Below are positions 42,730 to 43,245 of a stretch of DNA of 43,245 nucleotides, piece by piece. This DNA comes from Methanomassiliicoccales archaeon (GTDB lineage: Archaea; Thermoplasmatota; Thermoplasmata; Methanomassiliicoccales; UBA472). A model generated the notes under the pieces. That model saw only the letters and a program-made list of their open reading frames with translations, had not been told where the DNA came from and ran no database searches. The DNA lies in NCBI GenBank assembly GCA_035518995.1, contig DATIXC010000120.1, forward strand, positions 1 to 43,245, read 5' to 3'. The translations under genes were made by a program, and so were the position numbers. Within the stretch, counting starts at the first letter, position 1; the number at the start of each line of letters is the position of its first letter.

Positions 42730-43245
42730 TGAATCGCAAAGTCAAGCAGAACCTCCTGTTCATGTTGTTTCGCTTATGTGCCATATTAGTCGTTTTGACC
42801 CTTGTGATATTGGTTGGCTATGTAGTCTTAAATGGCATAGGTGTGCTCAGCTGGAGCTTTCTCACAGAATTCCCCCGCCATGGTTTTACCGAGGGCGGTA
42901 TTTTTCCAGCCATCGTGGGGACCTTCTATCTCATCGGGATCGTTCTCATAATCGCAGTCCCAATCGGTGTGCTGACCGCGATATATGTCGTGGAATATGC
43001 CGACCAACCTTTGATACCTACTGACAAGGTAAAAGCCCGGTTGAGAGAAATTGCTTTCAGACTTCATTTACGCAAGAATACAGCCCCCCGGCCAAGCAAG
43101 AGAAAGAAATCAAAGCGACACGGCTCTCAGAGACTGTTCTATCGTGCTTTGCGCATCGTTATAACCAATCTTGCCGGCGTGCCCTCAATCGTCTATGGTC
43201 TGCTCGGCTTTGGAGCATTGGTGATATTCTTCAACTTCGGTCTGA
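42729..43245 (+). CDS. pstA: Phosphate ABC transporter permease PstA (N-terminal part; continues beyond window end)
   Basis: Own translation from ATG 42729 (ATGA overlap with the pstC stop): MNRKVKQNLLFMLFRLCAILVVL...GGIFPAIVGTFYLIG...YVVEYAD...ITNLAGVPSIVYGLLGFGALVIFFNFGL. The frame is open to the window end and is absent from the track. Confidence 0.85.
   Translation, partial: MNRKVKQNLLFMLFRLCAILVVLTLVILVGYVVLNGIGVLSWSFLTEFPRHGFTEGGIFPAIVGTFYLIGIVLIIAVPIGVLTAIYVVEYADQPLIPTDKVKARLREIAFRLHLRKNTAPRPSKRKKSKRHGSQRLFYRALRIVITNLAGVPSIVYGLLGFGALVIFFNFGL

Noticed and set aside
1-43245. CRISPR arrays, transposases/integrases, toxin-antitoxin or known defence genes, rRNA/tRNA genes
   Set aside because: Reading both strands, I saw no short regularly spaced direct repeats. 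I recognised no IS, integrase, Cas or defence-type proteins, and no rRNA or tRNA-like sequences.

Overview
GC-rich (about 60-65% by eye) archaeal chromosomal segment with about 47 tightly packed protein genes on both strands. Archaeal markers include CDP-archaeol synthase CarS, PurP, Nep1, RpoK/Rpo6, uS2, an RPA plus its COG3390 partner, XPD helicase and an RNase J-like beta-CASP nuclease. Most content is housekeeping. It covers serine synthesis (serA plus a class V aminotransferase), leuCD-type dehydratase, pyrE, pdxS, purP, aminotransferases, replication/repair genes and transcription/translation genes. There are also two patches of nucleotide-sugar and glycosyltransferase genes (1-4145 and 11817-15348). 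Together these look like a complete 2,3-diacetamido-uronic-acid pathway. Accessory-looking parts are a wHTH-TM regulator, secreted beta-propeller and PLC-like cluster (29.8-33.4 kb), a redox/metal block (rubrerythrin, ArsA/Get3-like plus ArsD-like, QueG-like Fe-S protein, FeoB; 33.5-38.6 kb), and a lower-GC phosphate block (phoU, a double-domain pstS, pstC, pstA; 38.7 kb to the end). Three real genes are missing from the ORF track. Two run off the window edges (DegT-like aminotransferase at 1-876, pstA at 42729-43245) and rpoK (25664-25837) is too short. Several long track ORFs are antisense artefacts of high GC. I found no CRISPR array, transposase/integrase, rRNA or tRNA. No recognisable defence or mobile system is present. 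The most unusual items are the fused tandem PstS, a long stem plus U-tract element in the pstS leader, a 268-nt GC-rich non-coding spacer upstream of the serine operon, the membrane-tethered wHTH/beta-propeller module with a candidate operator, and an orphan ArsA-ArsD-like pair. All of these are hypotheses from sequence reading only.
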